This document shows positions 27,921 to 38,723 of a stretch of 47,156 nucleotides of DNA, piece by piece. The first letter of the stretch is position 1. Each line of letters opens with the position of its first letter. The translations under genes and the position numbers were made by a program. The stretch is taken from positions 1-47,156 of the forward strand of contig JBHIFL010000030.1 in NCBI GenBank assembly GCA_046761065.1, in the 5' to 3' direction. The stretch is from Candidatus Heimdallarchaeota archaeon. Lineage in GTDB: Archaea; Asgardarchaeota; Wukongarchaeia; Wukongarchaeales; JBHIFL01. The notes beneath the pieces were generated by a model. It worked only from the letters and a program-made list of their open reading frames with translations, was not told the DNA's origin and made no database searches.

Positions 27921-28607
27921 TCACAAGACAATTCGCGCATCGACTATTATAACACCCTTTTTGAGAGCGAAAACAGGATTCATGTCGAATTCGGTTATTT
28001 TATCATATTTTGTAACAAACTCCGCAGTTTTTAGGATAAGCTCCTCGATTGCTTCCTTGTCCGCGGGAAGTCGGCCTCGAAAGCCATCCAGGACCTTCGC
28101 CGCTTTAATTTCGGCAATCATTTCCTTGGCGTCGTAACGAGTCAAAGGAACCAAACGAAAACTTACGTCTTCTAAAACTTCAACAAAGACACCGCCCAAT
28201 CCAAACATGATGATGCGGCCAAAGACGGGGTCTATAGTCGACCCGATGATTATTTCTGTACCATTTTTAATCATTTCTTCCAACAAAATGCCATCGATTT
28301 TAGCTCCTTTTGCTTTTTCATGAGCTGCCGCGGTGATTTGGTCATATGCTTCCATAACTTCATCTAGATCCCGAAGTCCGACTTTTACTCCAGCTATATC
28401 GGTTTTATGCACAATCTGGGTTGATACTATTTTTGCAACAAGAGGAAAACTCAGTTTTTGTGCGATTTGAATAGCTTCCTCCTTTGAAGATGCAAGTTCG
28501 AACCTATTGACAGGAAACCCCTCTAATTCGAGGATTTTTTTGGATTCATATACTGATAGTACTTTTCGCCCCTCATTTCGGACGGTTTCAAAGATTTTTG
28601 CACCCAA
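27921..28607 (-). CDS. acdB: ADP-forming acyl-CoA synthetase beta subunit (ATP-grasp)
   Basis: KIVS..IVHKTD..GV, FG..IMFGLGGVFVEVLEDVSFR, DMNPV, VDARI. Confidence 0.9.
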   Translation of the reverse strand: MGAKIFETVRNEGRKVLSVYESKKILELEGFPVNRFELASSKEEAIQIAQKLSFPLVAKIVSTQIVHKTDIAGVKVGLRDLDEVMEAYDQITAAAHEKAKGAKIDGILLEEMIKNGTEIIIGSTIDPVFGRIIMFGLGGVFVEVLEDVSFRLVPLTRYDAKEMIAEIKAAKVLDGFRGRLPADKEAIEELILKTAEFVTKYDKITEFDMNPVFALKKGVIIVDARIVL

Positions 28608-28842
28608 TTTACCACCCCTAGAAGATTGTAAATTGCTACGGGTGAGGAGCATATATGCATTTTCACAGATAATATAATTCAAGTTGGATCAGATTCAAAT
28701 AGTTTCTAGTCAAAAAGTGATTGGGCCATTAAAATTCCATATTTTAGCAAAAAGGCGGATTCTCAGATTAAAGGATTTTATAAAAACAAAGGAACAATAA
28801 GGGATTAGTAATATGATTTTGAACGCTTTTGTGCATGTCTGA

Positions 28843-30186
28843 CTACGTAACATCTATCGGTTCTTGCATGGTGAGTAGGTAAACCGTTCTTTCTTGATGC
28901 AAACAATCTCTAAGAACTTCCCCTGCGTCGGGCTGGCAATGGACGATAAAAACCATTTGCGGATCCAATTGTGATATATTAGATCGAAGTCCTTCAGGGG
29001 GAGCATGTGACGAGAAGTTGAATGTTTCTACTTGAGCATTCAACTGGATCACCGTCTTGATTCCGTCAGGACTTGTTAGAGTAATAGATCGCTCTCCGTT
29101 AAGAAGTAAACGTCCGATCGTATCTTCGACTTGATATCCGACAAGCGTGAGCAAGGTTTTCGGGTCTGTTCCTCGATATCTCAAGTAACTATGAATCGGA
29201 CCTCCTTCAAGCATACCGGAAGTCGTGATGACAATATTTGGCGAAGCGCTTTTCATGAGTTCGTATCGGGTTGCTTCTTTAGGTCCATTTTGTTTCCGAA
29301 TTGGGATGAGCATTTCATGGTCAAAAGGAGTTGAAAGTGATCGTTCTGCACTCCATTGAAGGATGTGCGGGCTGACCCACTCGGGGAAGAAGTATCGTTT
29401 GTAAATTTTGTTCACATCGAGAATCATTCCATCTACATACGTTTGAATCATGTCCTCAAACCCTGTGGCTATCACCACCTGTATCTCTTGACTTCGCCCG
29501 ACAGCAAATGAGGGGATCAGCACTTTGCTTTTCCGTGCAATTGCTCTTAAGATGGTTCTCGTCAAGATCGGAATGACGTCTTTTCTTGGAGGAATAGGGC
29601 GTATCGCATTCGTTGCTTCGGTAATGACGACATCAACTTCTTCGGTTGGATGACGAGCTGGATCATGCCAAATTGTTGGCTGGGTATTAAAATCGCCAGT
29701 ATAAAGAAGGGATGTCCCGTCCCACTCGAGAAGGATCATCGCACTTCCAAGAATATGCCCCGCATCGTAAAACGTTGCAGTCACACCATCGGATACCTTA
29801 AATTTATCTTCATACGAGTGCGTGTCGATATGGTCCAGTGCGAGTGCAACATGCTCCGCATTGAAATGACGCTCCCCCTCTATTTTCAGGTGGTCATGCC
29901 AAAGGATTGTCGCTAGGTCCTTTGTGGGGGTCGTCATATGTACTTTCCCCTGATAGTTACGACCGAAGAGGCCTGGAACATAACCACTATGATCCATATG
30001 CGCGTGACTAATGATTACCCCACTTAACTCTTCAATACACGCTTCAAGGCCTTCTGGAGCACTCGAGGGGGCTTTATGGTTTATTTTGATTCCACAGTCT
30101 AGCAGGATCTTTCTGTTTTTATCCTCAACAAGAATGCAGCTTCTTCCAACTTCTTTTGCTGCACCATACGCAGTAATCTTTAACAT
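28843..30186 (-). CDS. Beta-CASP metallo-beta-lactamase ribonuclease (aCPSF2-like, no KH domains)
   Basis: EVGRSC, SHAHMDH, AGHILGS, YTGD, FAVGRSQE, SGMLEGG, FSSHA. Confidence 0.9.
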   Translation of the reverse strand: MLKITAYGAAKEVGRSCILVEDKNRKILLDCGIKINHKAPSSAPEGLEACIEELSGVIISHAHMDHSGYVPGLFGRNYQGKVHMTTPTKDLATILWHDHLKIEGERHFNAEHVALALDHIDTHSYEDKFKVSDGVTATFYDAGHILGSAMILLEWDGTSLLYTGDFNTQPTIWHDPARHPTEEVDVVITEATNAIRPIPPRKDVIPILTRTILRAIARKSKVLIPSFAVGRSQEIQVVIATGFEDMIQTYVDGMILDVNKIYKRYFFPEWVSPHILQWSAERSLSTPFDHEMLIPIRKQNGPKEATRYELMKSASPNIVITTSGMLEGGPIHSYLRYRGTDPKTLLTLVGYQVEDTIGRLLLNGERSITLTSPDGIKTVIQLNAQVETFNFSSHAPPEGLRSNISQLDPQMVFIVHCQPDAGEVLRDCLHQERTVYLLTMQEPIDVT

Positions 30187-30363
30187 CTCGATCTCCTCAA
30201 AGAAACAAAATACTGGGAATACAGAAAAGCGCCGATTCAATCAGATATTTCTTGAAATTCCCTCAAAACAAATTCTTTGTTGAGAACGTATTTTTAATAT
30301 CTGTTATCACTTTAAAATGTGTTTTTTAAAAAATCTAGGGGTATCAACTTTTATTAAACCTTG

Positions 30364-31251
30364 TTAATTGGGCGATGTCAGAATCGAACATCCATTTTTG
30401 GCAACTAAAACTGTATGTTCAGATTGGCTAATCATCCCTTGATCTTGATCAATTAGAATAGGATAAGAGATAATATTTCGATCTTTTTTAAGGATCTGGA
30501 GGAGTTTTGTGTGAGATGTTTGAGGGAAATATTTCATAACCCATCGGGTGCAAAATGGAAGTCTTTTTCGAGTACTCCAAATAGTTTGAGTCATTTTTTC
30601 GTTTCCAGGGGAATGTAAACTAAAAATATAACTGATAGGAGCGGATACTACCCAACCACTCTGGCCTGTCGTTACAAATGGTTCTATAGCTACTATCATA
30701 TCAGTTTTAAGTTTTTTTCTGAGAGTTACGTGCTTCACATTAGGAATAGTCATACCAGTGTGAAGGGTGTACCGATTAATTCTATGTCCAGTGAGGTTCT
30801 TTACTGGAACATATCCAGCTGATTCTATTACGTATTGTATGGCGCTAGAAAGCTTAGAAACCCGGACCCCATCTTTTACTAATGAAATTGCTTTGTTTAA
30901 CGCCTCTTGGCTAACCTGTATCAAATCTTCCAATTTTTTTGACAGGGCAATGGATACAGCGGTATCAGTTATCCAACCTTCGATTGAAGCTCCGATATCT
31001 AGTTTAACTACTCCATAAGACGGGAGAACTGATTTATCAAAAGGGGGCGAAGTATAGTGGGCAGCTTGCTCATTAATAGAGATATTCGCTGGAAATGCAG
31101 GCATTGCAGCCATTTTTTGGATTGCATTCTCTATTTTCTCACAAATTCGCAATATACTGACTCCTGGCTTCAACCACTTTTTTGCCATCGTCAGGATTGT
31201 TGCTATGATTCTTCCTGACCGTTTCAAAGCCTCTAATTGTTTTGGATCCAA
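30364..31251 (-). CDS. map: Methionine aminopeptidase type II
   Basis: PAFP.N, AAHY, KLDIG, ITDTA, NLTGH, AIEPF, QSEHT. Confidence 0.93.
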   Translation of the reverse strand: MDPKQLEALKRSGRIIATILTMAKKWLKPGVSILRICEKIENAIQKMAAMPAFPANISINEQAAHYTSPPFDKSVLPSYGVVKLDIGASIEGWITDTAVSIALSKKLEDLIQVSQEALNKAISLVKDGVRVSKLSSAIQYVIESAGYVPVKNLTGHRINRYTLHTGMTIPNVKHVTLRKKLKTDMIVAIEPFVTTGQSGWVVSAPISYIFSLHSPGNEKMTQTIWSTRKRLPFCTRWVMKYFPQTSHTKLLQILKKDRNIISYPILIDQDQGMISQSEHTVLVAKNGCSILTSPN

Positions 31252-31632
31252 TGATTTCGCCCAGATGGCTTCATTTCAGATTTGATCAAGAATAAAATAA
31301 ACGAAATATCAACGAAAGTTAACTTAGTCTTATTTTTGATGTCTAATTTTCGAGACATAAAAACTTTGACTAAACTTATAATTGGTTGTAATACACCATA
31401 GAGTGGTTATGTTTCTATTTTTATAGGAATAGGTTTAAGTTACGTCAAAAAAACGCTGTGTGAACTCTTAGACGTCATTTTCCAATCGGTACCATTAGAT
31501 TTTCTATATTTGGGATATTCTTGGTTAAATACTTAAGCTTTAGAACGACATCCTGAATGGCATATTATTTATTTATGAATGTGTATATAATAACACAACA
31601 AATATGAACACAAAGAATTGGTGGGTGAGGAA

Positions 31633-31965
31633 ATGACTATCACACCCGGGAAGCAGCAGAACTCTCTTTTGCAGGTAGTTTTAACAAAACATGCTGCAAA
31701 ACGACTATCTCAACGTCTAGGGCGTGATGCGATTACAAAGATTCGTAAATATCTATTAAATAAGAGAGTAGCTTTATTCAGAAAAGGGAAACAATTCTTT
31801 CTCACCATTCCAACAATGGGGACATTCGTAGGAGTTCAAGAGAATCAGAAATTCATTGTAAAAACTGTGCTCTATAGTTTCTTAGAGCAATCAAGAAACT
31901 TTCAATTTGTCGATGAGTACTCCGGTGCTATTATTATGATGCCTTTGCGCTATAAATGGGTGTAA
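31633..31965 (+). CDS. Small basic hypothetical protein
   Basis: GGTGAGG SD; VVLTKHAAKRLSQR and IVKTV resemble RelE/DUF4258-like folds. Confidence 0.6.
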   Translation: MTITPGKQQNSLLQVVLTKHAAKRLSQRLGRDAITKIRKYLLNKRVALFRKGKQFFLTIPTMGTFVGVQENQKFIVKTVLYSFLEQSRNFQFVDEYSGAIIMMPLRYKWV

Positions 31966-32093
31966 ACATTATTGATTTATGAAAGCAAAATGACTGCTAA
32001 AATCCAAGATTTATGATATTATTCCATTCATCACTTTTGTTATCAAAAAGAGAATATTATGGGTAGGGATTTATGATATTTGGTTTTCTAGAA

Positions 32094-33503
32094 TTAAAAT
32101 TTTGATTCGAACCAATCTATCGTGAGGAATGGGGGGCGTTCATAGGGGAGATCGAGATTCATTAGATTCGCCAAAATAGCTGGGATATCGTGGTGGATTA
32201 GGCGAGAATTCTCCTGAAATTCGCTGGGGAGCTGGACGGGCTCATAAGTGCCATTCTTGTACCATGCCAAGATGAGTGGAACACTGGCTGAGTCCGGCCC
32301 ACTACCACCGTGATCAGCTTTTCGGCCTTGTTTGAACCCACACCAATCTTGGGCCATGATAATTATATCACCAAATTGAGGTGGATCATAAGGCATGGTT
32401 CTTCCAAAAGCCGAATCGATTAAGTCCTTGGGAGGAGGAGTTTGAACCCACTTGATATCAGGGTGTTTTTCAAGTTTTGTAAATTCTCGAACAATTTTTT
32501 TAAATTTAAAACTTTCTCTAACTTCACTTCTGAGAAAGATTCTTGCAGCTTCCCGCCCGTCTGTCACTAAAACATAATCCTCCTCACCAAGACCTGCTCG
32601 CATGGCAGATCTGGTTGTAGCCTCCTCAATCGGGTATGACCTCGTTGTTGTCGAGTTCCCATGATCTCCGGTTATGACCAATAATGTATCACCGTTAAAA
32701 GATTCGACCATGTTTTTTATAATCAAACCGGTATTCGACAACACTTTCGCAAACTCTTTACTTTCAACAGTAAAAGAATGCGCAGTCTTGTCTAGACCCG
32801 ATATCGTTCCAGTTGCAAGGAAAGGTTGCATGTCACTTAGAAGTCGTATTGTTTCTTGTGCCAAAACGTTATCAAGGGTTATAAACTTCTGCATACCTAT
32901 GCTCTGACCTGCGCGTACAGCATCCCGAATTTCATTTCTTTTTTGGGCGAGTTCTGTGAATTTTCCTGGTTTTCCATCAACATATCTCAACACAGGGAGT
33001 AACACAGCCCCTTTTCTGAAGGGGGAATGAGAAAAATCCCAAGTATTATTATTGAAGCTTATTTTGCCTTCAAGGCGATTTGTAATAATCCCACCTTCAT
33101 CTCCTATGTCTTCCAACAATTGATCCAAAGACTCGTCACTTAATCCGAGTCCTTTATTTGCGAATAAAATATTCTCATGATATCCTGATTCCACTGCCGC
33201 ATCATATAATGTTCTGATATTAAAGAAATCTTCGATACGGGGACTAGTTGGGCACATTTTTTCAAAATCAGCAATTCTATTACCCAATAGGTTTGTTTCC
33301 CATGCTGACAAACCTGATGCCAAGATCAGATGTCCTGATCTACTAACTGTTAGAAGATCTACAGTAGCAATCCGTTTTCCAGTTTTGAAAAGTTTTTGAA
33401 AGTAGAAAACTCCTGGGAGCTCTGGAAAATTTTGTAAGCTATATTCTACACCACTGGGACTTAATCCATCAATTTTAATGAACAATAAATGCTTTTCAGT
33501 CAA
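32094..33503 (-). CDS. Alkaline phosphatase superfamily (NPP/phosphodiesterase-like) protein
   Basis: IKIDGL, LDKTAH, ITGDHG, GDII, DHGG metal-ligand motifs. Confidence 0.75.
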   Translation of the reverse strand: MTEKHLLFIKIDGLSPSGVEYSLQNFPELPGVFYFQKLFKTGKRIATVDLLTVSRSGHLILASGLSAWETNLLGNRIADFEKMCPTSPRIEDFFNIRTLYDAAVESGYHENILFANKGLGLSDESLDQLLEDIGDEGGIITNRLEGKISFNNNTWDFSHSPFRKGAVLLPVLRYVDGKPGKFTELAQKRNEIRDAVRAGQSIGMQKFITLDNVLAQETIRLLSDMQPFLATGTISGLDKTAHSFTVESKEFAKVLSNTGLIIKNMVESFNGDTLLVITGDHGNSTTTRSYPIEEATTRSAMRAGLGEEDYVLVTDGREAARIFLRSEVRESFKFKKIVREFTKLEKHPDIKWVQTPPPKDLIDSAFGRTMPYDPPQFGDIIIMAQDWCGFKQGRKADHGGSGPDSASVPLILAWYKNGTYEPVQLPSEFQENSRLIHHDIPAILANLMNLDLPYERPPFLTIDWFESKF

Positions 33504-33840
33504 TTTAGTTACGCCGATCCGTCTGGTATATCCAGTCTATAAAGACTTGAACATCCCTCCTCTATAAACTTACTCAGATTTTGATTTATTGATCTTTATA
33601 GTCATGCACAAAACATGTTCTATGTTAGAATAATAAAAGATAGGGTAAACACCATTAAAGCCCCTTTTGAAACTGGTTGAACCATGGTACTGCAATAATG
33701 GTTTAAAAAACCCTTCATATTATAAAAGCATCTATTACGAATCGATTAGAAACATTTTTTCTTTAGAACAAGTATATTGACAAAATAGGGTTATCTAACA
33801 TGGGGGAGAATTTACCCCAAAATATTCTGAGGCAAGGTCG

Positions 33841-34398
33841 GTGAAGCAAGCCAACATCCTTAAAATTGTAGTTGCAGGCGAAGGTGCTGTTGGCAAGACT
33901 AGCCTGATCCGACGCTATGTTTACAATGACTTTATCGACACAAAAATGACAATTGGGGTTTCATTTACCTCTAAAGAGATTACCATTGGGGATCAAGCCA
34001 TCAAACTCTCATTATGGGATTTTGCTGGTGAAACAAATTTTCGTTTCGTTTTAGAGCGTTTTTGTTTTGGGGCTGCCGGCGCTATCCTCGTGTTCGATTT
34101 AACCCGGGTTAGTTCTTTTTATGCACTACCAGAATGGGTAGAACTCATAAAAAGGGGGGCTGGAGAGATCCCCATAATCTTGGTAGGCAATAAACGTGAT
34201 TTGATCCGACAAGAAAATACAAGCTTCACAAAACCCGCAATTGAGACTTTCATTCGGAAGTTCGGATTAAAAGAATATATCGAGGCCTCTGCTCGAGAGG
34301 ATACCAATATCGACCAAGTGTTTCAAACACTCTTAACGCATATAAGAGAATCTCAAAGACTATCCATTCAGCGTAAGTCAAGACTTAGAAGCTCATAA
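33841..34398 (+). CDS. Rab-like small GTPase
   Basis: G1 GEGAVGKT, G2 TIGV.F, G3 WDFAGE, G4 NKRD, G5 SAR; no CaaX. Confidence 0.92.
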   Translation: MKQANILKIVVAGEGAVGKTSLIRRYVYNDFIDTKMTIGVSFTSKEITIGDQAIKLSLWDFAGETNFRFVLERFCFGAAGAILVFDLTRVSSFYALPEWVELIKRGAGEIPIILVGNKRDLIRQENTSFTKPAIETFIRKFGLKEYIEASAREDTNIDQVFQTLLTHIRESQRLSIQRKSRLRSS

Positions 34399-34464
34399 AC
34401 ACTATTACTAAATATAAACACATAAACGAATTCAAGCTCCAATTCTCTTTTTTTATCAACCGGT

Positions 34465-35013
34465 TTACGGCTTGTAGGGGTTTTCTGATCTTTCTATATT
34501 TTTTCCTCGTTCAGTTGGGACTATTTTAATTTGTGCGTTTTTGAATGTCTTATCCAACTCTTTTCCTCCTTGGAGTCGATCAAGAAATACCGCAAGTGCG
34601 CTGATTTCGCTGTGTGGTTGATTAGTAACTGCGACATTATAATCTGCTAGGGTAAAGATCTTGCCCGGTACTTTTCCTGCCCCTACTACAATCAGAAGTG
34701 AATCTTGCCCCAACCGTGGTCTAAGAATATCAAGGATAGGCAATAATTTTTGCCCATACATTGTTAGATGGACTACTATTCCATGGGTCTCCTTATGTGA
34801 TTTTACTAAGGATGTCCAATTTTTCACATAATCAACATAAAATGGGCCTCCAAATCTTTCGACAATCTTATTTAAGCGAGTAATCAGTTTTTCATCATAA
34901 TCTCCGGCAATGAATATTCTATCAGCACCAAATGCTCTAGCAACAAGTCCGCAATGGGTTGTGACTCGAAAATCTCGCTGAAGCCGATGACCTAATCTCA
35001 AGACCGATAGCAT
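34465..35013 (-). CDS. trm56: tRNA (cytidine(56)-2'-O)-methyltransferase
   Basis: VLRLGHR..RD.RVTTH..LVARAFGA, HLTMYG, VGA.KVP, NQPHSE. Confidence 0.95.
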   Translation of the reverse strand: MLSVLRLGHRLQRDFRVTTHCGLVARAFGADRIFIAGDYDEKLITRLNKIVERFGGPFYVDYVKNWTSLVKSHKETHGIVVHLTMYGQKLLPILDILRPRLGQDSLLIVVGAGKVPGKIFTLADYNVAVTNQPHSEISALAVFLDRLQGGKELDKTFKNAQIKIVPTERGKNIERSENPYKP

Positions 35014-35097
35014 ATCGGATTCACATCACATATGTCTCATTTAGTTATGTAAATCATGATCTCCGCAAACATGTTAGAGTCAATTTGTAATTATGGG

Positions 35098-35844
35098 CTA
35101 GGAATTTTGTATTTGGTCGATCATCTCGCGAGTTATTGTTCCTTTATGAAGGGCGGTACCTATCAGTACCCCATGAATGCCAAGGGCTTTTAATTCAAGT
35201 AATTCAGTTAAATTTTTGGTGCCTCCTCCCGTGATAATCCATTTCGAGGTATGGTTGAGCGCCGTCTTCACTGGAGTAAGTTGTACACCACCTTGAGTTC
35301 CAATTTGAGTTAGCTCCAAAACAATGAAACCGGCGACTTGGTTATAGTCAAATGTAGATAAAAGGGATTTAATTGGTTTATCAGCAATTGAAGGATCATT
35401 TGACTGGACTTTACCTTTCCATAAATCAATACTTATTACAATTTTGTGATTTTGTTTTAATCCTTCGATCCCCTCCAAGATTTCTTTGTGATCTAACATG
35501 GTCTCAGTTGCAATAATTGGATAATTAATCCCTAAATCAATGATGTGGTATAGATCCTCCTTCGTTCGGATGCCCGTATCGAGATATAAGCTGAGATTAG
35601 TCTTGGTTTGAATTTCCTTGATTAGGGCCCAATTTCGTGTTTTATATTGAATTCCATCTAAATCCGCAACATATATCGTCGAAATCCTATATTTGTGCTC
35701 AAGATTCGTGGCAAGCATTAGCGGATCACTCGAGTCACATAACACGCTTTTCAGCGGTCTGTATTTATTTCGTTCCCCACGATAAGCTTGAACAGCAATG
35801 GGATTTGGATAACCTTTGATATCCAACACAGGAATGATTTGCAT
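35098..35844 (-). CDS. HisA/HisF-like TIM-barrel protein (C1-cofactor-linked)
   Basis: IIPVLD, G.R..Y.P, YVADLD.I, IATET, SIDL, GGG, IGTALH.G; clustered with mfn genes. Confidence 0.85.
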   Translation of the reverse strand: MQIIPVLDIKGYPNPIAVQAYRGERNKYRPLKSVLCDSSDPLMLATNLEHKYRISTIYVADLDGIQYKTRNWALIKEIQTKTNLSLYLDTGIRTKEDLYHIIDLGINYPIIATETMLDHKEILEGIEGLKQNHKIVISIDLWKGKVQSNDPSIADKPIKSLLSTFDYNQVAGFIVLELTQIGTQGGVQLTPVKTALNHTSKWIITGGGTKNLTELLELKALGIHGVLIGTALHKGTITREMIDQIQNS

Positions 35845-35954
35845 ACCGATCCTCAAATAGTATTTCTAAGGAAGGACGAGTTTAAAAGATTATGGACAAC
35901 TTATAGTAACTTTGTATGCTATTATGTAGGAATAAAGTTTTTTAATAAACATAA

Positions 35955-37004
35955 TTAGTCATTCATAATCTGCCAACCAATTATAGCTGCAGTAGCGACA
36001 GCTGAACTAGTTTTTGAAGCTTCAAAACCCACGATATCTGATAAGTCAATAATATGATGCAACCCATGATTTTTTGCTGCCGGGACACCAAGAAATGTTG
36101 AACCAATGCCTGTAACGACGACTGAACAGCTTGTGTCCAACCGTGAAGCCACCTGCGAAATTCCATTTTCAATTTGTTCAAGCTGTTTTTCATAGATGAA
36201 TGCTGCAATTCTCTCAATCTCTTCGAGTGATAATGTCTCCGTATCTGCACAGACCAATCGGGCAAGACGTTCCATAGCGAATTGTACAGTTGCCGGTCTT
36301 CCATCCGCTGTTTCGCAGGTAAATTCTGAAGGTGTAATATTTCCAAGGATAAGATGTACATCACCCGAGGTGGAAAACAATTCTGAAGCTACTTGTGCGG
36401 TTTTTCCTCGTATTGGAATCTCAGAAACTACGCATGCAACATTCGTTCGCAGAGCACCTGTGTAAACAAGCTCTCCCACACATAAGCGCTCCAAATCGGT
36501 TTTTCCTATTGGGATCGGGATTCCAGCACGGATGGGGACAATGTCCGTTGTAGTACTTCCTATATCAATCAACAGGCACGTTGGGAACTTTTTTCCAACG
36601 AATAGAGCTGTCGTAAGCCAATTTGATGCGGCAAAAGATTCTGGGCTCTTCAACACCTCCTCGATTTTGTGAGCTCTCCCAGCAAGATCGAGGAAATAGG
36701 CACCTGGGAAGATATTTTCGACGGATTGAGCAATCCAAGTAACCCCTTCGCGTTTTGTTCGAAAACAATCGGAAAGTTCAGCAGTCATGGTCACGCCCAC
36801 AGCATCAAGAGGCAAATCTTTTGAAGCTTCCTTGATTTTTAGAAGGACATCTATGAATCTCTCCTTTTCTAGCCAGAATGGAAAATAACTTGACTTAACC
36901 TCAAGAATCTCAAAATCTGATTTCTCTTTCATTCGAACAGCTGCATATTTTGTATTTACACCACCGATATCCAACCCTAAAACATTCAAGTTAATCACAA
37001 CCAA
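35955..37004 (-). CDS. mfnF: Methanofuran biosynthesis protein MfnF (hydantoinase-like)
   Basis: GLDIGGVNTK, TMTAELSDCF.TK.EGV, AASNW, DIGSTTTDI, ELVYTGALRT, TADG. Confidence 0.88.
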   Translation of the reverse strand: MVVINLNVLGLDIGGVNTKYAAVRMKEKSDFEILEVKSSYFPFWLEKERFIDVLLKIKEASKDLPLDAVGVTMTAELSDCFRTKREGVTWIAQSVENIFPGAYFLDLAGRAHKIEEVLKSPESFAASNWLTTALFVGKKFPTCLLIDIGSTTTDIVPIRAGIPIPIGKTDLERLCVGELVYTGALRTNVACVVSEIPIRGKTAQVASELFSTSGDVHLILGNITPSEFTCETADGRPATVQFAMERLARLVCADTETLSLEEIERIAAFIYEKQLEQIENGISQVASRLDTSCSVVVTGIGSTFLGVPAAKNHGLHHIIDLSDIVGFEASKTSSAVATAAIIGWQIMND

Positions 37005-37013
37005 ACGTAAAAC

Positions 37014-37649
37014 ATGCGAGCTTTAATCAAATTTGGAGGTAGTCTGCAGCAATTCCCTCACGCCCTGAAGAAACTCTGCCAACATATAACTTTTGCATCA
37101 GATGAACATGATCTTTATATTTTACCTGGTGGTGGTGGATTCACCGATAAAGTCCGTGAACTTGATTACCAGTATAGATTAGATCAAACCACTACTCATT
37201 GGATGGCTATTGCAGCGATGGAAGCTTATGCTTATCTCTTGCATTCCCTCACCCCTGAATCATTGATATCTCATGAAATTCTAGAGGAACCGCCTAACAA
37301 ACCGAAGATTATCTTACCTTATATACATCTGAGAGCAGCAGATATATTTCCCCATAGTTGGGATGTCAGTTCTGATTCAATAGCCCTCTACTACGCTCAT
37401 CGGTTGAACTCAGCTTTGATTCTGCTTAAGGTTGTTGATGGCATAAATGATGCCCATGGAACACTTATTAATAAGTTGGCTGTTAATGAATTAAAAACAA
37501 TGGAAACGAACATTGTTGATGTGTCCTTCGCTGAAACGCTCCAGAAATATAAAGTTAAAGATTGTTGGATAATAAACGGACTAACTCCTAACAGACTCCT
37601 TGCATTACTTCAACATAAGCAAGTCCTTGGCACGAAATTAATTCTTTGA
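37014..37649 (+). CDS. mfnE: Amino-acid-kinase family furan phosphate kinase MfnE
   Basis: IKFGGSL, PGGG.F.D.VR, HWMAI.AM, PHSWDVSSDSI, KVVDG. Confidence 0.88.
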   Translation: MRALIKFGGSLQQFPHALKKLCQHITFASDEHDLYILPGGGGFTDKVRELDYQYRLDQTTTHWMAIAAMEAYAYLLHSLTPESLISHEILEEPPNKPKIILPYIHLRAADIFPHSWDVSSDSIALYYAHRLNSALILLKVVDGINDAHGTLINKLAVNELKTMETNIVDVSFAETLQKYKVKDCWIINGLTPNRLLALLQHKQVLGTKLIL

Positions 37650-37723
37650 ATAAATAAGTGACAAAAAGTGTCATCATGGCCATTATAATCCCAAGATATG
37701 AGCGCAAATTATGGATCCAAGGT

Positions 37724-38470
37724 TTAAAGGGTAAATTGCTCTATCGTAGGGTTTGAATTCCGGACGGTCCTAACAAATTGTTCGACCAATGTTTTTGTAA
37801 CCCTTCCTTTACGTCGATCACCTCTTTCGCATACAGCACTCCGTACCCCAATTATATCAGGTCCAATCTGCCGAAGGACTGAAATATCTGTAAGGTTAAG
37901 GTTTCCGGCAAGTGCAACTTGCAACCCATAATCGTGTGCACAGTTGGTAAATTCTTGGAGCTTTTCATAACTTAAAAAATGGAAAAGCCTTTTCCCATCC
38001 TTAATTGCAGTATCTAGCATTGCAACATCTGCACCTGCTACTTGGGTGATTTCTGGAATTTCCATCGGATTTACTGTTCCCACACGTTTGGCATCGGCGT
38101 ATCCGGCGCATACGATCTTTGATTGGAGGCCCACATTTGCTATCGAATTAACAATGTATGTCATTAAGTGAGTCGCATCGCTGATCGTTTTTGAGCCATA
38201 GAGACCTATTTTCACATAGTCAACACCTAACATGGCAGTACCGATAGCCGCAAGCGAAACCGTCCCTGGTAAATGAGGTACATCTCCAATAGCGGCAGAT
38301 ATTTCTATTTCAGCTGTTCCTTTTACCAAATGACAAGTTTCTAAAATGAGATGTGGATCCCCTGCTCCTAGAGAACCTTCCTCTGGGTTCTTCAAGTCTA
38401 TAATGTCCGCCCTCCCTTGAATAATCTGATGAACCTCATCAAAGTCTCTGGCGCTCACCAGGCATTTCAA
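37724..38470 (-). CDS. mfnB: (5-formylfuran-3-yl)methyl phosphate synthase MfnB
   Basis: ADIIDLKNP.EGSLGA, GD.P..PGT, DYVKIG, GYAD, MLDTAIKDG, DIIGVRSAVC. Confidence 0.93.
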   Translation of the reverse strand: MKCLVSARDFDEVHQIIQGRADIIDLKNPEEGSLGAGDPHLILETCHLVKGTAEIEISAAIGDVPHLPGTVSLAAIGTAMLGVDYVKIGLYGSKTISDATHLMTYIVNSIANVGLQSKIVCAGYADAKRVGTVNPMEIPEITQVAGADVAMLDTAIKDGKRLFHFLSYEKLQEFTNCAHDYGLQVALAGNLNLTDISVLRQIGPDIIGVRSAVCERGDRRKGRVTKTLVEQFVRTVRNSNPTIEQFTL

Positions 38471-38723
38471 ATCACATGCTCTCCTAAGCCCATAATATAA
38501 CACTGAATGATTTTTCAACCCCTTTACTTGGATCCTGACTAAATGGTTAAAGTAAGGTACTTGAGTTTCATTTTAGTGTGTTATCAAGCTTAGAAGTAAT
38601 TCGGTGTGAGGTAACGAAAAAATTATTCTTTTGGGAATAAATGTTCCTGTGCAGAACTATATGGATAAAACAAATCCCAAAATTCTGAAAAAGTTACTAT
38701 TTGCTCGAAAAATAAAAAAGGAG

